Source: a virus
Taxonomy: Duplodnaviria > Caudoviricetes
IMG/VR virus record: IMGVR_UViG_3300036802_000027
Span: 918 to 64,917 of that record
DNA length: 64,000 nt
Direction: 5' to 3' (one strand)
Part shown: in pieces, positions 10,450 through 20,648 of the stretch
Position numbering within the stretch: the first letter of the stretch is position 1
Layout: every line of letters starts with the position of its first letter
Notes under the pieces: generated by a model
Database searches by the model: none
What the model saw: the letters and a program-made list of their open reading frames with translations, nothing else
Told to the model about the DNA's origin: nothing
Position numbers and translations under genes: made by a program

Positions 10450-10653
10450 TTATTTAGCGGAGGTAGATGCGCTAGGCTTGCGCGGTTTAGGCGCTACTTG
10501 CGACTCCTCCGATTTGTCTGTGCGCTTAAGCCATTTGGGGGCTAATGCATCCAATATCGTGATTTCTTCGGGTATATCCGTTTCATAAACGCCGAACGTA
10601 TCAAACGTTATATGACGGACTACATAACTAGGGCTAGCCTCGTACTTAGCCAA
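10450..10653 (-). CDS. small head-module protein
   Basis: GGAGG RBS; 67 aa after major capsid. Confidence 0.55.
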   Translation of the reverse strand: MAKYEASPSYVVRHITFDTFGVYETDIPEEITILDALAPKWLKRTDKSEESQVAPKPRKPSASTSAK

Positions 10654-10705
10654 TATTCGTTCACCTCCGCTATATTAAAAGAGGAGCCGAAGCTCCCCAC
10701 GTCAC

Positions 10706-11827
10706 TTAGCTTACTGATGTTTTGATGTTCTCCAAGATTGCGATCTTTTCAGCCGCATTCTTGATTGTAACTCCGTACTCACCGCGAATCTGACGAGCTA
10801 CGAAATCGGCACCCGGAACGGAAGCATCGACGTCATACAAGCTACGTCCACTCAACGCGTTGATAGACAGAATATCACGGTCAAACAGCGCGATCTTGTT
10901 CTTAGGGAAGTTCGGGTCGACGATGACTGTCGCAACAGAACCGCCTACGATATCAGAAACGAACGTTTGGATTTTGTGGCCTGTTGCCGTGTCTGTGCGC
11001 TCTGTGCGAATCGTATCCGAAGCAAACTTTGTAATTTGACGCGCGCCAGCGGTGTTTGTCAAGATCGTGTTGACGGAACCTCCACGTAGGTATACTTTTT
11101 CCGCCAAGTCATTCAGTAACTTCGGTGTGATTTCTCCAGCTTCGGCGTTAAGCTTTGCAGATCCTTTCTTATCTGCAAAGTACAAAAGACCGCCAGTTGT
11201 ACGCGGTGTACCTGGAGTGCCTTCGATACGACGGCCATAGATTAACCAGTCGTTTTGCTCGCGCGCTAATTCCTTCAAACGAAGTTGGACTTGGTAGTCT
11301 AGCTCATTAGACACGTTATACGTACGAACATTTTGCTGAGTACCGGAAACGGCTGCATAACGCTCGATGATCTGGGTAACGTTGTAATCTACGTAACGGT
11401 CGTGTCCCTCATCGATTCCAGGCATAGCGCCTTCTAATTGCGGACGCGCAACGATTCGAATGTCGTCCCCACCTGCGATTTCTGCAGCGGTAGTCCCATC
11501 AAATCCGCGTACGACAGTAATTACATCGTCTGCAACTGCTGTAACTTTTAAATACTCTTCACCTACAACTACCACTGCGTTGATGCGAAATTTAAGTCCG
11601 TCACCTGCAGCTACGGTAATAGAAGTTGCGTCCACAACTGCCGGCTTTGCTGCTGTTGCGCGGTTAGAATTAAGGTTGTCAGACATCCACTCGAATTTAG
11701 ACTGATATAATGATTCCCCACCCAAACCAATCAAACCGAGTAACGTTGGGGAATCGTTGATGATAAGGGAAATACCGTCTTGTAATTGTCTTACTTGATC
11801 CTGAAAATCATAAGTTTTTAATGCCAT
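10706..11827 (-). CDS. major capsid protein (SU10/DUF5309-like)
   Basis: 373 aa after scaffold; 'NVTQIIERYAAVSGT', 'GEYGVTIKN' motifs. Confidence 0.85.
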   Translation of the reverse strand: MALKTYDFQDQVRQLQDGISLIINDSPTLLGLIGLGGESLYQSKFEWMSDNLNSNRATAAKPAVVDATSITVAAGDGLKFRINAVVVVGEEYLKVTAVADDVITVVRGFDGTTAAEIAGGDDIRIVARPQLEGAMPGIDEGHDRYVDYNVTQIIERYAAVSGTQQNVRTYNVSNELDYQVQLRLKELAREQNDWLIYGRRIEGTPGTPRTTGGLLYFADKKGSAKLNAEAGEITPKLLNDLAEKVYLRGGSVNTILTNTAGARQITKFASDTIRTERTDTATGHKIQTFVSDIVGGSVATVIVDPNFPKNKIALFDRDILSINALSGRSLYDVDASVPGADFVARQIRGEYGVTIKNAAEKIAILENIKTSVS

Positions 11828-11888
11828 TGTTTATTTCCTCCTCTATTTTGGAAAACAAAAAAAGCTTCGGAGATTCCGAAACTCTTGG

Positions 11889-12572
11889 TTACTTGCGTGG
11901 ATTTAGTTTGTTTGACAGTTCAATGACCTTCGAAAAGTTCTTTGCCTTCTTTGCCTCTTCGAGCTGTTGCTCAAGTGTTCTTCGTTCTTCATCGCCAGGG
12001 TTCGGTTTAGTATCGCCGATCGTTCTTGGCTGTGTCTTCGCAGGCTCAATAAGATATGGCTTATTTGTTAACAAGGCTTCCACGACGTCTTTTACGCCGC
12101 TCACATTGCCTTCGTCATCTACGTCGATTGTCGTCAAGTTAGCAAGTGCAAGCGCATCATCTAACGCATCCGCACGTACGTTCAACTCTCGCGCAATCGC
12201 TCGAAACTCTGCCTTGACTAGCCGCTGGTTTGCGGCAGATATCCGCGCATTACCACGTTCTTCCGATTCCTGTGCCTTCTTTACTGCTTCCGCCTTCTCC
12301 GCCTCTAGTCGCTCTGTTGCAGTCATTTCTGCAGTCTGTCGTTCTGTCTCCGCTTGTTCTAACGTAGCCAATTTCGTTTTAAGATCGTCGTAATCTGCGA
12401 ACTTCTCTGCCTTCTTGCGTTCCCTCGCGATTCTTTCCGCTACTACCCGATCAAGTTCCTCTTGCGTAAATGTCTTCTCCGGTGCTGGCTCGGGGTTAAA
12501 TTCCGGTTCCGGTTCAGGCTCTGCGAACATTTGTAAATTAAGCGGATACTTGCGGGTTTCTCTATTTTTCAT
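11889..12572 (-). CDS. capsid scaffold protein with N-terminal Prp-type cleavage motif
   Basis: 'YPLNLQMFAE' then 'FTQEELDRVVAERIARE'; start ATG 12572 after GGAGG. Confidence 0.85.
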   Translation of the reverse strand: MKNRETRKYPLNLQMFAEPEPEPEFNPEPAPEKTFTQEELDRVVAERIARERKKAEKFADYDDLKTKLATLEQAETERQTAEMTATERLEAEKAEAVKKAQESEERGNARISAANQRLVKAEFRAIARELNVRADALDDALALANLTTIDVDDEGNVSGVKDVVEALLTNKPYLIEPAKTQPRTIGDTKPNPGDEERRTLEQQLEEAKKAKNFSKVIELSNKLNPRK

Positions 12573-12653
12573 ATTTATATCCTCCGGATTTAAGCGCTCC
12601 GTGCGCATAGTATCCGTAAAGTTTATAACGTCGTTCACGTCTGGACGCGCAGT

Positions 12654-13493
12654 CTATTCCGCTAGTAATTCCGGTGTTCTTGCTGGTGATATTGAATGTC
12701 GACAATTCGGGTGGAATATTTCACGCCGCGGAAGATCCCCGATGAACGGACAGTCTCCGGGAGCATCACGTATCAACTTGACTATCCGACCTTCCCACTT
12801 TGCACATGCATCTGATGCGCCATGACGAGATATTCTCCCGTAATAAGCCTTACGTCCGATAGCTTCGTTAATGGTCGCGTCCATATGTGTTCGTGACATC
12901 TTCGTACGTGATACCATTTCAACGTAGTTCTCTGGCTTCCAGCGACGTCCAGCCGCATCAATAATGCCGGTATCGACTGCGCTTCCTAACGTTGTTCTCA
13001 TCTGCACAAGGATCTCGCGACTTAACGTCTTTTGACCGTTAACTCCACGTGTCATATTCGCGCGAAACGAATCTGCCGTAGCCTGGCGAACTGCTTGTTT
13101 AACCCGGCGATCAACGTTTTGAGTTACAGCTAGTAAATCCGCATGAGTGTCTGCGACTGCTGCTGCTACGAATTCGTGATTGATTCGGCTGAACTTCGCA
13201 ATCTTACGCGCTTCTTCTATTGTGGGCACAACGCCGAGATCGACGATTGCGCGGATAACTCCATCTGTGGCCGCCTTCGTAACGTGTACTTCGACCCATT
13301 GCGCAGAGTCAGCGTTTAAACTTCGGAGTATCTTCGCCACCTCTGCGAGTGCGGCGTTAGCATTAGCGCGTGACATATCTGATAAATCCAAGCGTTGCAA
13401 CTCAGCAGATATCGCGATAATAGCAGATTTATACGCGTTGACGAAAAGTGATATGTCGCGGTTATAGCTCGGGTCGGTTAACGCTACTACCAT
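12654..13493 (-). CDS. minor capsid / head morphogenesis protein
   Basis: 'DAAGRRWKPENYVEMVSRT', 'IFHPNCRH' motifs; between portal and scaffold. Confidence 0.85.
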   Translation of the reverse strand: MVVALTDPSYNRDISLFVNAYKSAIIAISAELQRLDLSDMSRANANAALAEVAKILRSLNADSAQWVEVHVTKAATDGVIRAIVDLGVVPTIEEARKIAKFSRINHEFVAAAVADTHADLLAVTQNVDRRVKQAVRQATADSFRANMTRGVNGQKTLSREILVQMRTTLGSAVDTGIIDAAGRRWKPENYVEMVSRTKMSRTHMDATINEAIGRKAYYGRISRHGASDACAKWEGRIVKLIRDAPGDCPFIGDLPRREIFHPNCRHSISPARTPELLAE

Positions 13494-15052
13494 TACTCAA
13501 TTACCTCGTTAAATACCGTCGAATCCACAGTACCGTTCACGCGCTTCTCGTCAGCATCAATTCGTAAGATTATTTCACTAGCAATTGCGTCATTAACGCC
13601 GTCAAGCGTCTTAATTGCGTCCTGTACGGAAGACGTTGGCTTACCACCGGTTCGTATCTGCGCCACTTCTGCAGCTTCCTTCTCGTCAATCGGAACACCG
13701 TCACGCCAATTAATCCGTGGATAAACGGGATCATATGGAACGAATCCAGCCACACCTTGATTAGCGTAGTTTTCAAGTTGCATTGCCGTCCATATTGCAT
13801 CGCGTAAAGCACGGTCAACATGAGAACGGATTCGATTAACCTTCGCCAGTATCGGCATGAATCGCGCCTTGATTGCGCCGGAATCCGTATGTGATGTACC
13901 AGTACCGCCTTTATCTGATGCAAGCGTTGTACCGAATAACCACTGGGGCGTTTCTGACATTTGATATACAAGGCCGAGGAGTATATCGAGCTCCATAAAC
14001 GCAGAAGTTAACTGCCCTTCCCACGTCATATAGCCGGGGGTGACATCGGTTTTGTCTAGCGGAATGTATTTACCCCCGAACTTAACACTACCTTCGCCTT
14101 CTTCGTCAACGTCCGGACCGAATGCAGTTGGGTCGCTGTGCTTCCAAAGGATATAGTCGATCTGTGCTAACCGCTCGTTAATCGCGCTCAATACGCTCTC
14201 AATCTTTTCAACTCCGTTGATGCCTTCCCACCGATCATCAACGCTTTTATAAGGGATATGGTGAATAAGCAATCGGTCTGTACCCGTTTCGATGACGTCC
14301 TCATCGCGCCCAGTATCTACTTTGTCCCCAATCGTAAACGTCGGAATAGGCACGCCCCAATCAGTATCGACTCCGCGTTCAGCTAACCTATATTTCTCAT
14401 AGACAATGTATCCGGGGATATGGCGTTCAACGACTAGGTACGGCTCATAGTTGACCGTCTCACTAGAGAGCCACCGTATTACTCTTCCGTTAGGCTCCTC
14501 TACCCAGTCAACCCACGCGATACTAATTGCCTTAAACTTCTTACGCGATCCAGTCGATAACTCCGGAAATACTATATTCGCGGGTACTGACTCGATAATT
14601 GGCTCAAATGTCGTCTCGGGGGCTTCTAATCCGAGTGCTAACGTCTCACTAACATCAGCTCGCGCACCATAATACGTCTTAAGAAATGAGTCACCCCGGA
14701 ATCCGCCACCTATAACTGACTCATGCGTCATCTGCGTCAAATCGTTTTCCTCAACAATTGAGTCCAACCGTTCTTGTTCGCGTGAGCCAGCGCCGGTTCC
14801 AGCTTCATACGTCGGTGGTTCTCCTGTAAGTAAATCCGCCGGCTTCGTAAGCAAGATGTCCATTAGGTTAACCGCGATAAACAACGTTTTAAGTTGCTCC
14901 GCATGTGGCGTATTTTTTAGTAGAGACGATGCTCGATCATATATTTCTGGATGGCGCCCGTCAAATATGATTTGTCCGCGTTTGTAGCGTGCTAGGCGCG
15001 GAATATGAGAGGGCGGTGGATAGATGGCGCCTGTTTCGAATAACTTCGTCAA
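13493..15052 (-). CDS. portal protein (SPP1 gp6-like)
   Basis: 519 aa directly after terminase large subunit; TTG start with AAGGAGG. Confidence 0.9.
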   Translation of the reverse strand: MTKLFETGAIYPPPSHIPRLARYKRGQIIFDGRHPEIYDRASSLLKNTPHAEQLKTLFIAVNLMDILLTKPADLLTGEPPTYEAGTGAGSREQERLDSIVEENDLTQMTHESVIGGGFRGDSFLKTYYGARADVSETLALGLEAPETTFEPIIESVPANIVFPELSTGSRKKFKAISIAWVDWVEEPNGRVIRWLSSETVNYEPYLVVERHIPGYIVYEKYRLAERGVDTDWGVPIPTFTIGDKVDTGRDEDVIETGTDRLLIHHIPYKSVDDRWEGINGVEKIESVLSAINERLAQIDYILWKHSDPTAFGPDVDEEGEGSVKFGGKYIPLDKTDVTPGYMTWEGQLTSAFMELDILLGLVYQMSETPQWLFGTTLASDKGGTGTSHTDSGAIKARFMPILAKVNRIRSHVDRALRDAIWTAMQLENYANQGVAGFVPYDPVYPRINWRDGVPIDEKEAAEVAQIRTGGKPTSSVQDAIKTLDGVNDAIASEIILRIDADEKRVNGTVDSTVFNEVIE

Positions 15053-15074
15053 GTTGCGTCCTCCTTTCGTTGTT

Positions 15075-16856
15075 TTACATCCAATTCGGCTTATTGCGGA
15101 GTTGTCTGCGCGATTTCTTCGATATGCTTACTGCCATTTCCAGGGCATCCGGTAAGTCGTCGTGTGCGCCACTCCCGTAAAGTTCAAACTGTTCAAGTAA
15201 TAGCGCGTGTTTACGTGAAAATTGAATAACGCCGCTTTCGGTATCCGGTAGCAGCGCTTCTATCCGCAGGTCTTTACGTGACCGTTGGTGTATTTCCTTA
15301 ACACGAGTCTGTGACGGGTAGCCTGCCGCCCTTAACGCATCTTTTAGTTTCATTACAAAGAACTCCTGAGCCGCTTGCGCCTCTGCCGCGATACCTGCAG
15401 GTTGAAAGCGTAGCGTCTTCTCAACTATGACGCGTAAAAACTCGTCAGGCTTAACGCGTTCCCCATACGCATCGATAACATAGAGTGTTCCGCTTTGTTT
15501 ATGTCGTGCCACCGTAACAACCGCCGAGTAATCTCCGCGTGTCTTACCCATTGCGAAATCAACGCCCATGTATACGTCATACTCGGAAACTGAACGCGGG
15601 TACTGCGAGAATACTTCGCTTAGTTTTGCATCCCAATACGTGAATGTTTCGGGGTTGAATATCATCGACTCTTCATCGACCGGATTGTTCATATACTCCG
15701 TGTTAAAAGCCTTACTTCCGTTATCCCATTTCCATGTCATCAATTTCCATAACGGCTGTACTTCGGGCCATAGTACAACGGAACCGGCATCCATTTCTCC
15801 GCGGTGCAATTCGTAATACTCTTTCGCGTCTGCAGCTCGGTTAGGGTTATCGCGGTCAACGTAGATAAGTCGGCAGGTTTCCCATATGTCCATTCGTGTT
15901 GGCCATTCGATAACTGCGCGGTATACTCGCGTTTTGAAGTCGGAACGCTTCGTTAAAACATTGACGAGAAGCGCTTCGTGATGTACCGTTGTTCCCATAT
16001 ATACGAGTGCGGTACGCTTTCCTTTCGGATCTCCTAGCGGTACAACTGTCTGCGCAAACCAATCGCGCATTTTCTTACGTAACTCCGGAGTCGCTGCGTT
16101 AGACTTAACATCCTCTAAGTCATCGCAAACGAGAATATCCGGACGCACACCGTTCCAGTTACGTCCACGGAGCGCCTGATTAGCGGACGCTGCTTCAAAC
16201 TTAGCTAGTAACCGCTGAGTCCCGTCTTCGTTACGTTCCCACGCGATAAACTCCGACGAATTATCTTTTGGATTCTCTTGCTGTTTTGGTGATAATAACT
16301 GTCCGAAGTCGCGGCGCAGTTTAGCGTTATGCTTTAGTTGTAGCGATATCCAATCGAGGTTACCACTGGATACTGCCGGAGTTTCCGATATAATAATTCC
16401 GTATTTTCGTTTGCGATAAAGTAATTCCCTCAACGGAAAGGCCTTCGATAAATACGTTGACTTTGCGTGCGAACGAGGCGCGGCAACTGCAACCTTGTCG
16501 TTTATATTAACGTTGGACACATCGTCCATTACGTCGCAAATATCACGGTGAAATGTAGGTGCTTCGGATATATGCGCGATATCGAATCCGTCCCAATTAC
16601 CTGCGTTACCTGGATTGCAAGCTTCAGAAAAGTACTCGATGGAAAACTCTAGTAAATCCGTTTCTCCGTCGTGAATGCGTTGGAGGCGTTCAAGCTCCGC
16701 TAATTGTTCGTCAATCTCACACTGATCGTCCAATGATAGGGAAACGATATCCACACCGTCTAATACGTCGATTAACGCTGATATTTCGTTAATGCGTGAT
16801 TCGCGTTCATCACGCCCAATCCACTTTCCGCCATCTCCGTTTATTACCCACGCGAT
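15075..16856 (-). CDS. terL: terminase large subunit (probable ATC start)
   Basis: 'APRSHAKST' Walker A, 'LVCDDLED' Walker B, nuclease 'GVDFA...DYSA', 'HDDLPDAL'; GGGAGG 8 nt before ATC 16856. Confidence 0.95.
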   Translation of the reverse strand: MAWVINGDGGKWIGRDERESRINEISALIDVLDGVDIVSLSLDDQCEIDEQLAELERLQRIHDGETDLLEFSIEYFSEACNPGNAGNWDGFDIAHISEAPTFHRDICDVMDDVSNVNINDKVAVAAPRSHAKSTYLSKAFPLRELLYRKRKYGIIISETPAVSSGNLDWISLQLKHNAKLRRDFGQLLSPKQQENPKDNSSEFIAWERNEDGTQRLLAKFEAASANQALRGRNWNGVRPDILVCDDLEDVKSNAATPELRKKMRDWFAQTVVPLGDPKGKRTALVYMGTTVHHEALLVNVLTKRSDFKTRVYRAVIEWPTRMDIWETCRLIYVDRDNPNRAADAKEYYELHRGEMDAGSVVLWPEVQPLWKLMTWKWDNGSKAFNTEYMNNPVDEESMIFNPETFTYWDAKLSEVFSQYPRSVSEYDVYMGVDFAMGKTRGDYSAVVTVARHKQSGTLYVIDAYGERVKPDEFLRVIVEKTLRFQPAGIAAEAQAAQEFFVMKLKDALRAAGYPSQTRVKEIHQRSRKDLRIEALLPDTESGVIQFSRKHALLLEQFELYGSGAHDDLPDALEMAVSISKKSRRQLRNKPNWM

Positions 16857-16916
16857 AGATACCGCCTCCCTTCTGTAAATTGCCGTGTTTTCAGCGTGCA
16901 CAAGCGATTCTGTGCG

Positions 16917-17216
16917 TTAATTGGTATTAGCGTTAGGTACCGTTGATAAAAGCGCTAGAATGTGGTCAGATTCTACGGTTACTGTTTTAGCGCGGATTGC
17001 GCAAGGTCTTACACATTCGTTGTACCACCGATCGAACGATAACCCCGCCCGGTCTCCTAACGTGTCAATAACTAACGTAGGGCGAAGACCGAGCAATATA
17101 CGCATTTTTTCATAAGCTACTAGGCGGAAATTAGGCGTAGTGGAATTGCGGAACATATCGTTAATCTCACACGCTGTATCCGAATCATCTACGAGAACGA
17201 CTATAAAATCGTACAA
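16917..17216 (-). CDS. hypothetical protein between terS and terL
   Basis: AAGGAGG RBS, TTG start, 99 aa. Confidence 0.55.
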   Translation of the reverse strand: MYDFIVVLVDDSDTACEINDMFRNSTTPNFRLVAYEKMRILLGLRPTLVIDTLGDRAGLSFDRWYNECVRPCAIRAKTVTVESDHILALLSTVPNANTN

Positions 17217-17888
17217 TTACGTAGCCTCCTTCGTTATCCTTGAATCTGGGCGTGATATAGGCGTTTTACTTCGCGACCTTACGATTACCGTCCGAAAGTG
17301 TTAACGCGTTGATATCACGGTGAGATTACGGTAATATACAGGTGATCACGTCGTGGCTCCCGAAAAAGTCAAACGTTAATTTTGATACGCGGATTGTTTC
17401 TGCACCTGATTGCGGCCCATAACAAAGGTGGCTTGGGGTAATGCATCACCGCGTTAAAGTAACTGCCCATTTATACAACTACCATTATATTTCATTTATG
17501 CATCATATATGCAAGACATGTTCACAAAATACGTGTTTTACACACAAGTAGTAGTCCAGAAACCGCGCCACATCAACGTTTGTAGGCACCGTGTAATTGC
17601 GCCATATTCATTGCATATACATTTACCAGTACATTACGTGTATAAACCGCGCCAATACGCCATTCTCACGAAATATAGCTGGTAATTTATACATTGGTGT
17701 ATCTGTCCCTACATATACGAATATGCATCGAGTATGCAACGGGTACTTACGCCAAATTCAACGTACCTTCTCAGTAAATTGAAAAGTTTCGAGAGGGTCA
17801 CGCGTCAGGAGTTGCTTGTAGGTAAATCACAGTTTTACGAAAGAACACGAAGTCTACGCAATCGTATCTCTTCCTATTATACGTGTTA

Positions 17889-18290
17889 TTATTCTACTGT
17901 TTCGGATTCACCGTTCTTGCGTTGCTTAAACGTCTCTATCCGTGCCCTCAACGCACCGACGTCCGTTCCTCCACTATCCTTCGTCTCTACTTCGATCTTA
18001 TCTGTGAGTAGTCCACTGATTTGTAGCGCCAGTTTTGCCATAGCCGCGTTACCATCACGCATAGCAATCGTAGACAGTGAATCAACCAGTTCCGGCAACT
18101 TAGCGCTATTATCCCGTACAATAGCACGCTTAAACTCCGCATCAAACGTAGCGTCTTTCCGCCAGTTTTCAAGCGTTCGAGCAGTTACTCCGCATATCCC
18201 CGCAATCTCTTCGTAAGTCTTTCCGCCTTTGCGTGGCTTCGCTAACCATTCGATAGCAATCGTCTGTTCCGATGTTAATGCCTTTGCCAT
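17889..18290 (-). CDS. terS: terminase small subunit (phBC6A51-like HTH)
   Basis: 'TYEEIAGICGVTARTLENWRK' HTH; upstream of terL. Confidence 0.8.
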   Translation of the reverse strand: MAKALTSEQTIAIEWLAKPRKGGKTYEEIAGICGVTARTLENWRKDATFDAEFKRAIVRDNSAKLPELVDSLSTIAMRDGNAAMAKLALQISGLLTDKIEVETKDSGGTDVGALRARIETFKQRKNGESETVE

Positions 18291-18377
18291 TTAATCATCT
18301 CCTTTACGTTGTATTAGCACTCGGCTACGCTACCCTTACGTTTACATCTCTGCGCAACTAGAACGCCTATATCACGC

Positions 18378-18752
18378 TCAATCTACGTTAATAATCACCG
18401 TTACTGGTCCGTTGTCATTGATAATAACGCCATCGTTACCACAGATATAAACGCTGTCTTCCGGACCATATACGATGGTCCTTACGCCTTCCCTGCGTGA
18501 TAACTCCGCTGATAGTTCTTTCGTAGACACCGTAGTTAAGTCCGGAGTAAACTCGACTCTATCACGTATTAACCGCGCATAAGCTTCGTCATCCGTTTCG
18601 TAGGTAGCTACATAGAATACGAGTTCCTTACGTACAACCGCGGCTTCTTTACCTAACCGCAGTAGAACGTAATACCTACCATAGTTTTCACGTATATTCT
18701 CCGTGTCCGTTCCGAGTATCTGCGCTATAGTTTCCCGTATCCTAACGCTCAT
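18378..18752 (-). CDS. hypothetical protein
   Basis: GGAGG RBS; C-terminal 'STKELSAELSRREGV' motif frequent in phages. Confidence 0.6.
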   Translation of the reverse strand: MSVRIRETIAQILGTDTENIRENYGRYYVLLRLGKEAAVVRKELVFYVATYETDDEAYARLIRDRVEFTPDLTTVSTKELSAELSRREGVRTIVYGPEDSVYICGNDGVIINDNGPVTVIINVD

Positions 18753-18924
18753 TACGTGAGCACCTCCCGTTTATACATGCGCCATACCTATCGAGAAACT
18801 CCGTAACCACCTTTAACTCTTGCGAGGTACGACTGGCGATGCAATCTTCCGCAATAGGTCCGTCTAAGCCCAGCGATACAAGTGTTTCGTATGCGCTTAT
18901 CTCTTCCTCCGTGTAATTTGCCAT
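18742..18924 (-). CDS. hypothetical protein (60 aa)
   Basis: GGAGG RBS, overlaps next gene. Confidence 0.55.
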   Translation of the reverse strand: MANYTEEEISAYETLVSLGLDGPIAEDCIASRTSQELKVVTEFLDRYGACINGRCSRNER

Positions 18925-19307
18925 TAGCGTAATCCCTCCGTTTATATTAGCGTTAACCCTACGCGTTTAATCGTAGTTTATAGGGCTTTGGTTTTGGTGT
19001 TCTACATGAGGTACTTCTTCGAGTATGCTTCATGTACTTACACATAAGGTCTAAAGCCTTCTGCAAAGTTCGCATTCATCTGTGCCGGTTCCCGTCCCAG
19101 GACAGTTTAATTTCTAACGCGTAAATCACTTAAAAAACTTATCGCGGTTCAGATATTAACATGTACACAAGGACGATCTTTGTCCGAAGTGTCGGGCGCT
19201 CTCCCCGATTATCTTTGCCTCGCTTATTACGTAGTATATAAGATAAGAGTTGCTCAGAGCCTAAAACGGCTGTAACCGTTGGTGCTCTAAGGCGGAGGTC
19301 ACTTTTG

Positions 19308-19359
19308 AACTCCGCAGTATATGGAACGAAATCGCTCTAACTCCGCAGTATATGGAACG
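19308..19359 (+). repeat. two 21-bp direct repeats AACTCCGCAGTATATGGAACG (candidate iterons)
   Basis: copies at 19308-19328 and 19339-19359, 31-bp period, 3 bp beyond stop of RepL-like gene. Confidence 0.85.
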
Positions 19360-19362
19360 TTT

Positions 19363-20238
19363 TTAAAACGGAAGCTCATCGTCAGCCCCGTCATAAGCGG
19401 CTGCCATACGTTTATTTTGCGTAAACTCATACCGTACGCTTTGCGTGTATTCATCGTCATCGCGTCTTTTACGATACATTACGTCTGGATTCATCTTTAT
19501 CACGATCGCTCCGTATGCTTCCGATCTCATCACGAAACCGTGGCGGCTTAATTCTTTCATACCGCGAGTCACCGTTTGTTCCTCCGTACCAATACAACGC
19601 GCTAAATCCGCCTGTCTCATGTGATTCAATGCGTCAAGATTGCGCTCATCCGGATTGTGGCACAAGTAAAGACGCTCGTAATGAATGTGCGGAATCATAC
19701 AATGTAAAAGACCAGCCGCTTGAACTGATAGATTTTTAACGTCCGATCTCGTTCTAGTCTGATAAACTTTCGTAAAGCGCCCGTCACGCAACGTTTCACC
19801 AATCGTGTGATATTCCTTATTTATCGCGTAGACCTTGCGTCGTCCGTCCTTACTCTCCGTTAGTACTCCACATGTGACTAGCGTCTTTATAACAGTTTCA
19901 GTCCAACGTTGTGCTTTACCGATTGCCTTTGCTACCTCAACGATTCCCATACGCTTGCCTTCGTAATAAAGGTCACCGTACTTGTCTAACCGCATATATG
20001 GAAGCAACTTCATGACCGCGCCAAGCTCGTTAATCTTAAGTAGCGTATTCAAGCGCTGAACCGGCTCGTGATACGATGTAACATAATGCTTCGTATTCCG
20101 TGATGCCGCGTCTGCACGCTGTGCATAGTCACGCTTGCGCTCGATGTCCTCTTCGGATTCAATACGGTAACCGTCGAGTGGAACCGCCTGCATCCAGCGC
20201 CCATCCTCATCCACAAACGTTCTGATTGCACTAGTCAT
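19363..20238 (-). CDS. RepL-like replication/DNA-binding protein with two winged HTH domains
   Basis: two HTH segments (IVEVAKAIGKAQRWTETVIKTL; QADLARCIGTEEQTVTRGMKEL) and 'MNPDVMYR' RepL-type motif. Confidence 0.6.
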   Translation of the reverse strand: MTSAIRTFVDEDGRWMQAVPLDGYRIESEEDIERKRDYAQRADAASRNTKHYVTSYHEPVQRLNTLLKINELGAVMKLLPYMRLDKYGDLYYEGKRMGIVEVAKAIGKAQRWTETVIKTLVTCGVLTESKDGRRKVYAINKEYHTIGETLRDGRFTKVYQTRTRSDVKNLSVQAAGLLHCMIPHIHYERLYLCHNPDERNLDALNHMRQADLARCIGTEEQTVTRGMKELSRHGFVMRSEAYGAIVIKMNPDVMYRKRRDDDEYTQSVRYEFTQNKRMAAAYDGADDELPF

Positions 20239-20479
20239 TAGCGACCACCTCCAGGTTCAATGCGTGTAGGAATGCCCTCGCAACTAACGGTGTTTCTACT
20301 ATTTCACGGAAGTTAGCGAACCATTCTTTTACCTCTGGTATCACGCAGATAGCGAAGTCAAAACGCTCGCCCTCCGTCATATTACGAAGATCATTGAAGT
20401 TGTAACCAAGCTGCTCCGTGATTACTTGTACAGAATAATTCGTGTCAGGTCCGAGCCTATACGTTTTATTCATACACAC
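20231..20479 (-). CDS. hypothetical protein
   Basis: 82 aa, AAGGTG RBS, overlaps RepL-like start. Confidence 0.5.
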   Translation of the reverse strand: MCMNKTYRLGPDTNYSVQVITEQLGYNFNDLRNMTEGERFDFAICVIPEVKEWFANFREIVETPLVARAFLHALNLEVVAND

Positions 20480-20586
20480 TCACCTTCGCTTGCAACATCT
20501 ATATGTTCGCGCTGTTGTTGCGCCATTTATAACGTCCCCTTTCGTTAGTAAACTTTAAATTGTTGTTAAATCAAGGGTTTACTAGG

Positions 20587-20615
20587 TTTACTCGGTAAAC
20601 TACATGTGTTATAAT
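20587..20615 (+). promoter_or_regulatory. sigma-A promoter of coiled-coil gene
   Basis: TTTACT-17-TATAAT with TG extension; flanked by GTTTAC/GTAAAC repeats. Confidence 0.65.
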
Positions 20616-20648
20616 AACCTAAAGAATCCCAAATAGGAGGCGTAACAA

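Noticed and set aside
1180-16800. Numerous plus-strand ORFs in the track overlapping structural genes
   Set aside because: Antisense shadows of long minus-strand genes, lacking RBS and recognisable motifs; the same applies to most plus-strand track ORFs in 23-55 kb.
19308-19359. Direct repeats as a mini CRISPR array
   Set aside because: Only two 21-bp copies with a 10-bp gap, no palindrome or CRISPR-like end; fits iterons better.
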